Positions 52,715 through 64,000 of a stretch of DNA of 64,000 bases are shown here, piece by piece. This DNA comes from Eledone cirrhosa (taxonomy: Eukaryota), in assembly GCA_964016885.1 (NCBI GenBank), contig OZ024747.1, positions 65,100,001 to 65,164,000 of the forward strand, given 5' to 3'. Within the stretch, counting starts at the first letter, position 1; each line of letters begins with the position of its first letter. A program made the translations under genes and the position numbers. The notes under the pieces are model-generated. The model was given only the letters and a program-made list of their open reading frames with translations. It was not told the DNA's origin and made no database searches.

Positions 52715-53560
52715 ATATTAGAAAGTGAGGTTTTTTTTACAAAATGAAAACCGATGTGTCCTACACGAGTGAAAGTATAAAGAAAAAAAGATGAAATCGA
52801 AAATGCTACTGGAGTCTTTATATATATTTATTTGGTTCCTTTACCGGTTTCGCAGTTCTTCTGCTTTTCAAAAGTAGAGTTGAGATGGAGGGTCTGTGGT
52901 TTTTCTCACATCTGGTTGGTCTTTGAATGTTACTTGTTTTATATGGAAAAAAGTGGCTCGAAACGCCAGGTTTTTAGAGAAGTAATTTGATTGGTTGGTC
53001 AATAAGTATAATAAATGTTGCGCGAGTTCGCATTACAAAGTTCTTCAAACAAGGGGTGGGGGGCTCAGGTTGTTTTTTTTCATATATGAGTGTTTGAATT
53101 TCTTCTTACTTAAAAAAAAAAGGGGGGCTCACAAAGGCTTTTTTTTAAATAAATATAAGATAATGGTCAAGAGAAATGGGATTGGAGATTTGTTCTGGTT
53201 CAGTGAATATAGCAGGTTGTTTTTTCATATATGAGTGAAGTTTGGTTGGTTGATGTAGTCACGTGAATAAGTATATCAGCTTTTGCGTAAGTTTGTTTGA
53301 ATTTCTTTTTACTTTAAAAAAAAGTGGCTCACGAAGGTTTTTTTTTAAATAAATATAATTTGATTGGTTATAAATTAAATTATGACTATCACGTGAACAA
53401 GTTCATTAAAATCCGCGCCCGTATTTGGGAATTTATTTTGTAGCCTTTTAGAGAATTTTATGACAAGCAAAAGATAATGGTCAAGAGAAATGGGATGGGA
53501 GAATTGGTCTGGTTCAGTGAATATGGTTAGTTCACTGGGGTCAGAATTCAGATTTTCTAA
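52715..53560 (-). mobile_element. PLE-pLTR-like repeat with a degenerate HHR at 52839-52874; related copy ~62400-62560 (+)
   Basis: CUU UUGAAAA GCAG-AAGAA-CUGC GAA ACCGGU A AAG; internal direct sub-repeats. Confidence 0.55.
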
Positions 53561-53986
53561 GAAAGTAAAGATATGTATGTTTATTTGTGTGCTTGTGTGT
53601 GTGTGTATAGGGAGATGATTCTATTAGTAGAAATGGGGGAGGGAGTTGTGTGTGTGTGTATATGGGTGTTATGTGTGTGTGTGGGGGGGGGGAGTATGTT
53701 AAGATGGAGAGAATATATAGATTTTGTGTGTGTGTATATGTGTGTAGGAAAGTGATTTTATTAGTAGAAATGGGGGAGAGAGTTGTGTGTGTGTGGGGGG
53801 GGGGTTATATGTGTGTGGGAGTATGGTTAGCATGTTAAGATGAAGAGAATATATATATTGTGTGTGTGTGTGTGTGTAAGAAAATGATTCCTTTAGTAGG
53901 AATATTTTTGAATGAACATATTTTCCTTACTTATTTGTATGTGTTCTGTTGTATTGTCAGCGCAAACATATGTTAAGGTTTATTAT

Positions 53987-54048
<62 letters not shown>

Positions 54049-55274
54049 TATCATTATCATTATCCTTTAATGTTTATTTGTTCATGCTTGCTTGGGTTAG
54101 ATGGGTTTTCACATTATGAGACAAGTCAGGTCCAGAGACCACATCATTTCTAATGACAACCACATTTGTGTGAACTGGGTGTCTTTTATCATGGCACCAA
54201 AATGACTATCTAACAGGGTGGACTTGGTGCTTTTTGTTGCATTACCAGCACCACCACCTTACAGCATGGACAGAGTAGACAAGTTGCTTTTTGTCTTGTC
54301 ATACACACACACTGAAGTCAGTGTTTTAAATTCCAGTCTACTAAAAACATTCAAACATTAAGTGAATGTGAATGAGCACTCAATACATGTGAGCATGCTT
54401 GTTGTTTTTCTTTCTCTGATTACTTTCTTATCAGTCAGGTCATGGAGGTTCTGCTGTATTGTGTGTAAAAGAGTTGAGATGGTGTCTGTGTCTCCTTACA
54501 ACTACATGAACAGCTAAAACTAATAGCAAAATGTAGTACATGCTACTAAGTCATTCTCATTTTCATGTGATGGCTGTAGTTAGCTAATTAGTTGTGTAAG
54601 ATCACGACTTGCTAGTTTCCACATAAATCTTTATGTACTATTACAGATTATGCATGTGAGAGCTCAGGTAGGTATCTGTGTCTGTTCAAAACTACATAGG
54701 TATCTAAAGCTGCTAGTGAAAGCCTAGTACTTGCTACCAAGTTGTACTTGTTTACAAGTGACGATCATATTTAGTTGGTTATGTTAGAGCAAGACTGCCT
54801 AGCTTCCACATATTTATATTTATACGTCAATACAGATTATATCATACACAGCAGTTCTAATGTAACACAAGGAATCTAATAGTAATAATAAAGATGACAA
54901 ACACCCACGATCTAAGGTATGACATAATATATATATCATCATCATCATTTCATTTTACGTCTGCTTTTCCCTGCTTGCAAGGGTGGGACGGGAACTGATT
55001 CTGGCTTGATTTCTACAGCTGGATGCCCTTCCTAACACCAACCTCATTTACAGTGAGTACTGGGTGCTTTTTTGCCATGGCACCTCCATGACCACTTTAC
55101 AGTGGAATGATAGGGACCCCAGTCCCTATCATCTCATTTCTACAGCTGAGTAAACTGGAGCAATGTGAAATAAAGTGTCTTGCTCAAGGAAACAACACAT
55201 CACCTGGTCTGAGAATTGAACTCACAACCTTTCGATTGCAAGGCCAATGCTCTAACGACTAAGCCATGTGCCTC

Positions 55275-55317
<43 letters not shown>

Positions 55318-56379
55318 TACATACATATGCATCATACATACACACACACACACACACACAAACATGTATGTATAAAAAAGATAAACAACAAGAAAGGTAA
55401 AGATTGCTCATTTCTAATTTACAAAAAAAAAGTAGTTCAAAGGAAACTACAAACAGCATTTAGAGCAAATTCTGTTGCATAATTGAGAAACATTGAATAA
55501 TATTTGTGTTGTAAAGGTGATGATATTTATATGTTTATTTTCGAGTTATTAAATAAATGTAAATTTGATTAATTGAAATAATATTCACCGTTTTCTTGAC
55601 ACCAATATCAATAACTAAAGTTTTGGAATATTGAATAATTCAAATTTCAAAAATATCAAGAACCTTCTTGATATTTGGAAACTGGCTAGCACCATCTTAA
55701 CTATATAGACAGGATTGTATTAGCCAATAATATCTCTCTCAAATGACATTTTCAAATATCTAATAACTAAGAACATTTGTTTTAAACATGAATTAATAAG
55801 AATTCTTTGTAAATCATTTAGTATTCAAATTCTTGGCAAATTATTAAAATATATACAGTTTTATTTTACATCAAATAGACATTGATTAATTCTCATCACT
55901 TTAATCTTACATCATGCAACATATTTTAGCAATATTATGCCCTTAGTAGATATATTGTCGTCTATGGAGATTGATACCACAGACGACAATATATCTACTA
56001 AGGAAATGAAGAATTGCTGCCTTGTGCTTATAGTAGAAACCATTATTGTTACTGTTGTTGTTGTGATTTGTTAGAGTATCGGAAAAAATATACAATGCAG
56101 TATTTTGTTAAGACTCTTTATGTTCTGATTTCAAATCTGACTGAGGTGAATGTTGTCTTCTACCATACTTTCTGGGTTGTTGATAAAATAAAGTGATAGT
56201 CAAGCACAAATGTAAATAGAATCAATTTTCCCCTCTTTAAAAATGTATTAATTATATAGGGATTAGAATAACTTATAAATTAACACTTCAATCAATGTTT
56301 TAATATTAATATTGTCTATTGTGTAATTAACAGTCGATCTAATGTTTAAACATAAATATTGTGTTTAAGGATGATGCCA

Positions 56380-56760
56380 TGTTAAAATGTACCTAGTACA
56401 CTCTGTAAAGTGGTAGTACTAGTGCCATAATAAAATGCACCCAGTACATTCTGTAAAGTGGCGGTGTAGATGCCATGATAAAATGTACTTAGTATAATCT
56501 GTCAAGTGGTAGTACTGGTGCCGTAATAAAATGCACCCAGTACACTCTGTAAAGTGAAGGTGTTGATGCCGCAATAATATATATCTTGTATATTCTGTAA
56601 AGTGGTAGTACTAGTGACATAATAAAATGTACCAGTACACTCTGTAAAGGGGATGTGCTGGTGCCATGATAAAAATGCACCCATCTCACTCATTAAAGTG
56701 GTAATGACGCTGATGTCTTGATATAATATGCCCCCCACCCCTAGTACAAGCTGTAATGTG
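56380..56760. repeat. ~48 bp tandem repeat derived from a SINE/RTE tail segment
   Basis: aaaatgcacccagtacactctgtaaagtgg repeated about 8 times; resembles the SINE B/RTE segment gcacccagcactcactgtaaa. Confidence 0.7.
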
Positions 56761-56924
56761 TTTGATTTATAAACAATACCAAACTGGTACATATGAGCAA
56801 GACATGGTCACCTGTCCTGTGTAAACTCAGGATGTGACAACCCATCCAACCCATGCCAGCATGAGAAACAAAACAGATATAAAAGGGTGAGGAAGAAAAT
56901 ATGATAATACCTCAATAAATTTGC

Positions 56925-57500
56925 CAATATAAATACTGTATATATTATGTATAGTGTATAATGTATAAATACTGTATATTATGTATAGTGTATATATTAT
57001 GTATAAATACTGTATATTATGTATAGTGTATAAGGGCGGTGGATTGGCAGTATCGGTAGAGGGTCGGACGCCATGCTTTTGACGCATAGAGTTACGGCCC
57101 TTGCCATTCTGAGTTCAAATCCCGTCGAGGTTAACTTTGCCTTTCATCCTTACGGGATCGATAAAATAAAGTACCAGTAATGCACTGGGTAATTGCTGGC
57201 CTTGTGCCAAAAGTAGAAACAATTATGTATAGTGTATATATTATGTATAAATACTGTATGTATTATGTATAGTGTATATATTATGTATAAATACTGTATG
57301 TATTATGTATAGTGTATATATTATGTATAAATACTGTATATATTATGCATACTGTTAATATTATGTATACTAAATATTATGTATAGTGTATATATTATGT
57401 ATATTGTATATATTATATATAGTGTATATATTATGTATACTATATTTATTATATATACTATTTATAATGTTTAAATACTGATTATATTATGTATCCTGTA
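56925..57500. repeat. AT-rich ~36 bp minisatellite interrupted by a SINE A
   Basis: Units of tattatgtatagtgtatatattatgtataaatactg. Confidence 0.85.
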
Positions 57501-58289
57501 TATATTCATCATCATCATCATCATCATCTTCGTTTAACATCTATCTTCTAGGCTAACATGGGTTAGACGGGAGTTGTCCCACTTGAGGCAAGGTTGGTCG
57601 GGTGACCGTGTCTCACTCATATAGGACAATATTATGCATACTATATATATTATATATACTATATATTATGTATACTATTTATCTACTAATATATAATGCT
57701 CTTGTGTTTTTGAACGTCATGCAAAGGGATGCAACTCATAAGTTTCAGTACTTATAAAATAAATACATACATAAACATATACATTATACAAATGTATTAC
57801 CTACACACACATCTATGTAATGCATATGGAAGAAAAGGGGCTGGTGAAACACTATAGAAAACAGAGAAGAGCGTTCACTACAGCTGTGTTACTCATGCAT
57901 ATAAATGTATACATATACACACACACATGTGTAAGCATGTAATAATTATTTTCTCTGACTGTTTGTGTAGATGTGTGTGTATGTAATAATTATTTTGTCA
58001 ATGTATGTGTGTGAGTGTTTGTGTGTATTTGTTGTTCAAGGAGTCAAGTCCCCAGCAATATCGAAATAAATTAGAATAATCAAGAATATAAAATGACCGT
58101 AATTGAAAGGTATATACAAATACACATCTACCCTTTAGCCCTCATTTTTTACGGCACTGTGCCAGCTAATTATGTATAAATACTGTATATTATGTCTAAA
58201 CATATTTCCACAGGTGTAAAAATGTGGTCTTAGCACAGAGTATATTTTACTTTACGAGGCTTGGAAACTAATGATGAAAATTAACATAC

Positions 58290-58478
58290 CTTAATATATC
58301 ACTGAGAATTCTAGTCATTACATCTTTATTTTCTTTAAGGAAGAATTGTGTACCTTTTGTTACTTGGCAGCCTTTGGAATCGTCCATAAATATATTTGCG
58401 TAAGAAGACTCTGGTGATATGCTTCCTGCAATGGAGGTGGACAAGGTGGAGGTGGAGGAAGGGGAGGTGAAATGTGTT
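58290..58478 (-). CDS. CFAP65: CFAP65-like exon C (THFTSPSS...ENKDVMTRILSDILR)
   Basis: cccttttag acceptor and gtatgt donor; 189 nt, phase 2 to 2. Joins exon B in frame (AA|A = Lys). Confidence 0.88.
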
Positions 58479-59794
58479 CTAAAAGGGAAGAGAAGAAAAA
58501 AACAAGAAATCAATCAATCAAATTCAATAACAAGTTTGGCCAGTCATTGGGGTAAACTTATAAACATTTTTCCATCATTGCATTTCAAGTGGCCTTAGAA
58601 AAGCTTGGTGGTGACCATCTCCTCTCCAGTCCCTTAACCTTTAGCATGCTAGCAATTTTTATGAGTTGTTTCCCTAGACACTGCATTATCTATTAAAGGG
58701 AGATTACTCATATGGTGTCATGTGTCACCGACAACGTGCTCAAAGTTAATGTATTTAGTCTGTCAGTAGAAGCAGTTACTGGAGTTATACTAACAAATAT
58801 CCCAGAGCCAGATGTGAGAATCAACAGAAACCCAGTGAACCTCTCTGCCTCTATGGATTCCACTGTCAGACAGACATCAAGGTATTCTCTCTACACAAAC
58901 ATCCCAACTTTGAAATATTGTTCACAGAAGAAAATATAAATATACTCTAAATATACATTGTCAAGGATCTTTACTCAGTGGAAGCAGCATGGTTAAAAAT
59001 TTTGTTTCACAACCACATGGTTCCAGATTTAATCCCAGTGAATGACATCTTGGACAGATGTCATTTACCATAGCCTTAGCTTGGCACAAGACTTATGAAT
59101 GAAATTAGGCAGAGTGGAAACTGTATGGAAGCTGATCAGATGGACTCCACCAGTAATTCAAAGATCCAGATACTAATATGGTAAACCATATCAATTTCTC
59201 ATACCAAATTTTTTGTGTAGTTGACCAACATCAGGCACATATTGAACATTTTGTGTTTTTGTACAAGAACACAACAAACAAATATTTGGGTTTGGAATGG
59301 GAGCCAAATAGCTTTTAGTTAAAAACATGTTATATTGAAAATATAATGTGCTCAAGATTGATCATTTTTACTAAGGACTTTTCATGTTCCTTTATTAGTT
59401 TTTTAATACTTAGTTTAGAACAGGGTGGAACAATGTCTTCGCCAGTCCACTCCTTCATGCTATCCAGCCATTTTTTTTCTTCTGATGCCCTAGCCTTTTT
59501 TTCCTCTGAACATCCAATGCAAGCATACAAAAATGGTCATAAAAGGATGATCATCGTGATGATCATCATGATCATGTTTCTTAGATCACTATAACAGATC
59601 TTGTCACATGACCATACCAGCTCATTTTCTTTTCTTTACTGTGATTAGCAGGTCTGCATAGTTGCCCGCTATTGTTCACAAATCATCATCATCATCATTG
59701 TCATTTAATGTCCATTTTCCATGCTAGCATGGGTTAATCTATGATAAAAACAAAAGAAAACAAAAACAATGGATACTTCTGATATTTCACTTAC

Positions 59795-60078
59795 TTGTTT
59801 ATTATAAACTTTTGGTAATCTTTCTGATGATGTGTTTCATAATCTATGAGACTTAATGTTTGAGCTGTGATTGCTACAGGCAATTCCATACATTCTGGCA
59901 TGACTGGCTTCTTCCAAAGTAACATGTCAGCTGTCTTGTTGTAACTTTTTATAGTTGTACTTCTAAATTCTTTATTTTGACCAATCGGAGGCAGGGTTTC
60001 ATATTTCGCCATCATATCACCAGGAAGGGTTCTTAGAGGCTTCAACAGATTTTTCAATCTTTGCCTACTGACATATAA
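59795..60078 (-). CDS. CFAP65: CFAP65-like exon B (LYVSRQRLKNLL...AKYETLPPIG...WKKPVMPE...KFIINK)
   Basis: ttctctag acceptor and gtaagt donor; 284 nt, phase 0 to 2. KY.TLPPI and W..P..P motifs match the recalled CFAP65 C-terminal region. Confidence 0.88.
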
Positions 60079-60939
60079 CTAGAGAAGAAAGAATGAACAT
60101 TAACAAAATATTGCTTTAACCCTTTAGCATTTACATTACTCTATATATTATATTATTGTATTTTCACAGTAAAGGCTTTATCTCACATAATATCAAATCT
60201 ATGAGATTTTGCTATTATTTATTTTGAGAACAATATCTTAACATCAGTATGAGTGGCCAGTTTGAACAGAAAGAGGTAAGAACATTCTGGTCAGAATGGC
60301 TGGTTTAAAAGCTAAAGGGTTAATAATACATTGAAATAGTCAAGTAAATATATCTCAGATTATTTAGACTATTCTGGTTCTTCTCTAGCAGTTCTACCTG
60401 AAGTGACTCTCTGATCTCCGAGTTATGCACTCTATCGCGTAACGTTTCTCCAAAGATGCATCAAAGGAAACCCATTTCAGCTGCTTGTATTTACGATCAT
60501 ATTCTTTCAGTCATTACCCAAGATTCATGACCATTAGGTAAGGGTTGGCATGAATCTGAATTGCAGATAGCAAGTTTGGCTTTTATGCCTACCTTCCTTC
60601 TTTTGATTACTGAAACTGAGGGGTAGACCCTGAGCAAGATGGTTGGATAACATCCATGAGCTTGGTTGGTCTCATTGGGATACAACCAGATCAGTTAGAG
60701 ATGGTTGCTTCTGACATGACTCGCTGGAAGGAGTGTTTGAGGACTCTGCCCCCAAAACCCTCTCAGAAATAAGTGGGTGAAGAAGAAAAAAGTTCTTCTC
60801 TGATGTACAGATGTTACATTACTTAGCTCATTTATGATTTGATTTGGATTGTTCTGGTATAGTCTGCCATATGTGAAAGTCTGTGCCACTGTATTTTAAT
60901 TGCTGGATGTGACTTGATAATGAAGTGGTGTTCTACACA

Positions 60940-61248
60940 CAGGGCCGGATTTAGGGGGGGGGGGGGGGGTAACGGGAGCAATTGCCCTGGGCCCCCTGCA
61001 TTGTGGAGCCCCATCACCGGCAGCCATAGCAATATATTTGTGCCCAGAGCTAGGCTTTTTAGCTTTAGGATGGTTAGAATTTTTGAATTTAATACTTGTA
61101 TGTATAACTTTTCAATTCCAATTACTTGCGCCAAGCTAACATTAATATGTAAAATTGGGGGATTTGCTGTGTATTCTAATTTTTTGTGCATGAGGGACCC
61201 TCCAAACTTGAAGTGCTCTGGGTCACCAAATGTCTAAATCTAACACTG
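60940..61248. mobile_element. hAT-like MITE (opposite orientation to 28973-29260)
   Basis: Same internal sequence, CAGGG terminus, TSD tctacaca/catacaca (6 of 8). Confidence 0.7.
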
Positions 61249-61827
61249 CATACACACACCCCTTTTTTCTTTAGCCAGGAGCAATTTATATGATTTACTC
61301 AACTATTATTTGTGGGGACCCACTATTGCTGTCATTTGTGTTGTAACATACATATTTCAAATTTCCCCCATACTTTGTAAGTCAACCACTTCTTTTAATA
61401 CACTAGATACAAGCTTATGAGTATGAAGCATGCTATGTGGACCACAAAGCAAATCCCTGCTTTAGTAGGAAAATTGGCCTTAAAATTATTGTTGTTAGTG
61501 TTGTTGTAGTTGTTTTTATATTTACAGTTCGTCACACAGACAATTCTTTTTCTATAGAAAAAAATCGGCTGTGTTCAGACCTGGAGAGGGTTGGGCTCGA
61601 CCAGGTTTAAAAGTGCCCTAGACATGCCGTATGATGGTGCCTCTATGACTCCACAAGGAGTTATGGGATCTTTATCCTTTATCCTTACACAGACAATGAC
61701 AACATGAAACAACAATCTTTGCTTTCTACTGTTGCACAATAGGAATTCCAATTAAAATGGACACTTTTATCAGAACCTGGGGCAGTTTCTGGTGAGATGG
61801 TATAAACAAATATTAATGAAACCCTAC

Positions 61828-61965
61828 TTCATTGTTATCAAATTCAGGGGTTTGAACTTCAATGTTTTTCTCTGTTATATTGAATTCCATTTTCTGCCTC
61901 TCCTGCTCCATCAACCACTGATGCAATTCAAGTTTGTACCTTCTCACTTCAGTTTCATCCGTTAT
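61828..61965 (-). CDS. CFAP65: CFAP65/CCDC108-like exon A (ITDETEVRRYKLELHQWLMEQERQKMEFNITEKNIEVQTPEFDNNE)
   Basis: ttgtag acceptor and gtaggg donor; 138 nt, phase 0 to 0, open frame. Resembles the recalled vertebrate CFAP65 segment Y..EL.EW..E..RQ..EF.IT. Confidence 0.85.
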
Positions 61966-64000
61966 CTACAAATCAACAATAAACCTGTTTTGTATATATA
62001 TTTTCAATACAACAAAATGATAACAATAAATCTTTTTATCAATCTGTGATTGTTCAAAGAATATATTGATTTCTAATTTAGGCAGAAGGTAAGCAAAGTT
62101 GGAGGTATGGCAAAGTTGATTAAATCAACCTCAGTACTTGACTGGTATTTTATTTTATTGACCACGGAGGGATTTAAAATCAGAATGCAAAGAACCAGAA
62201 CAAATACCACAATGGTATAGTATCCAACACTGCATCAGTTCTACCATTGAAAGTAAAACAATTGATCGACACACACACACACACACATGCACATGCACAC
62301 AAAAGGAAAAGAATTTGAAAATGCAAATGGAGTCTTTTAAGAATATTTATTAACTTTACCATTTGTGTTTCTGTTGTTGTGTGTCTCAAGACACACCACA
62401 ACAGAAACACAAACCCTCCATCTCAATTTCATAAATGATAATTATATAAGAACTGTGAAACCAATAAAGTAAATATTCTTAAAAGACTCCAGTTGTATTT
62501 TCCAATTCGTTTCCTTACATTTTTACCTGTGTAGGACATTTAAAAAAAATTTACTTTCTTATATATATATATATATATATTTGCCAAATGTAACTATAAT
62601 ACTAACAGAATGTCTATATATATATATATATATATAATGGAAACGCCTTCTCCATTCTGTCCACCGGGGTTGTGGGTGGGCCCCATCACATACCGTTGTA
62701 GTTGTTGTACAATAAAAAGTTGTCAAAGTAATTCGTCGCCTTGTCGTGTTTAAAATATATAATTAAATTATATATATATATATTCTTGTTCCTTTTCCTG
62801 TAGTCTATTTTCTATATTTTTGTCCCACCCTTGCAAGCAGGGAAAAGCGGACGTAAAATGATGATGATGATGATATATATATATTGAATATATAACTCTT
62901 AGCATATATATAGCTATATACAAAGAGAATGTCTGTGTATATTAAATATATAACCCTTGACATACATAGCTATGATACAAACAAAATTTCTTTTGTAAAT
63001 GTGACTGACTCAAATACAAACCTACCTTCTGGTAAATAAAAAGATTTATTACTTAACCTAACTATGTTATCGTCATAGCATTATATAAGATAAATCTATA
63101 ATTCTAATATCATGTAGCTAAATTGCTATTCAAAGATAAACTATGTTTTTCTACCATTTTCTGATGTTTAGTAGTATTTCAGGTACTAGAATTGATGCTC
63201 AATCTGAAGCAGTTCCTGATTTCACTTTTGTACCTTAAACTGTTTCTTAATAAATTATAGATTTAATATGGGAGACAATTTACAACAGATTTTCAGAATC
63301 AAGTGTTTTTGTATATTTGAGTCAATAAACCAATTTATATATAATAAAGTACTAGTGACAGGTTATATTTGTATATATCAAATGTAAATATAGACATTGT
63401 GTAGGTTGAGCCTTCAGATCTGTGCTTACCATTACACAAAGTGAAACTGACTATTTCCCTGTCATTAGTAGAAAGCATTATAATAAGCATTTTTAACAGC
63501 TCGTTTTGGGGGGATGCTGGGTTCCACTTACACTCCTCACCAGACCAGGGTCTGGTGGGGGAACCAGTTTAATTACTGACCACTTGACTATGAAGAAGGT
63601 GTACTGGCTTACATAGCACCTGTAGCAGGCAAAAGCTTAACCTTACAAGTAAAAAGGGTGGATGAATTTCGCAGAATCAACAGTCATCCATCCCAACTAT
63701 GGGTTAAATAGCCTCACCAACACACAATTGGCCAAGCATGGCTACACCCCTGACATGACCAAAACCAAACAGGAAAATGGTAGAAGTCAACCTGGGAGGG
63801 GTCCCTCCATCACGAGTGAGAAGGCCCTGGATTGGATATTCAGCCTTATTTGTCAACCAGTGGATGTAAGCATTGAATAAATCTTATTCAAGGAATGTTG
63901 AGTAAATTTTGAATTTTTAATATATGTCCAACTTTTTCAACTCTAGAGGCCTATATGCTCAAGTTGTTATATAACTATTTTTCATAGTCAAAAAACCTAC

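Noticed and set aside
63662-63880. 72 aa ORF as a host gene
   Set aside because: No recognisable motif or splice context; the sequence looks like decayed LINE 5' region.

Overview
Eukaryotic, very AT-rich and microsatellite-rich animal DNA. An octopod cephalopod is inferred from the tRNA/CORE SINEs, the RTE LINEs with (CAT)n tails and the intronic minisatellites. One host gene is supported: five phase-consistent minus-strand exons (61965 to 38254) encoding the C-terminal region of CFAP65/CCDC108. The rest is repeat-derived: young RTE LINEs with a PHD finger inside the RT, an R4/Dong-type element in (TAA)n, a Tx1/L1 relic, two SINE families, piggyBac-like and hAT-like MITEs, and two ~4 kb minisatellites (41 bp and 42 bp units). 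The most striking signal is a dense set of type I hammerhead ribozyme (HHR) motifs: about 7 with intact cores plus several degenerate or half copies, from at least 7 unrelated sequence families. They sit in short non-coding inserts, mostly in (TA)n, that are fold-back palindromes or permuted partial tandems, as in Penelope-like element (PLE) pseudo-LTRs and retrozymes. In several inserts the fold-back apex lies on a ribozyme helix. A parallel tandem-plus-inverted insert carries a tRNA-like Pol III unit instead of an HHR. All folds and alignments were read by eye. Repeat boundaries are approximate and no database search was run.
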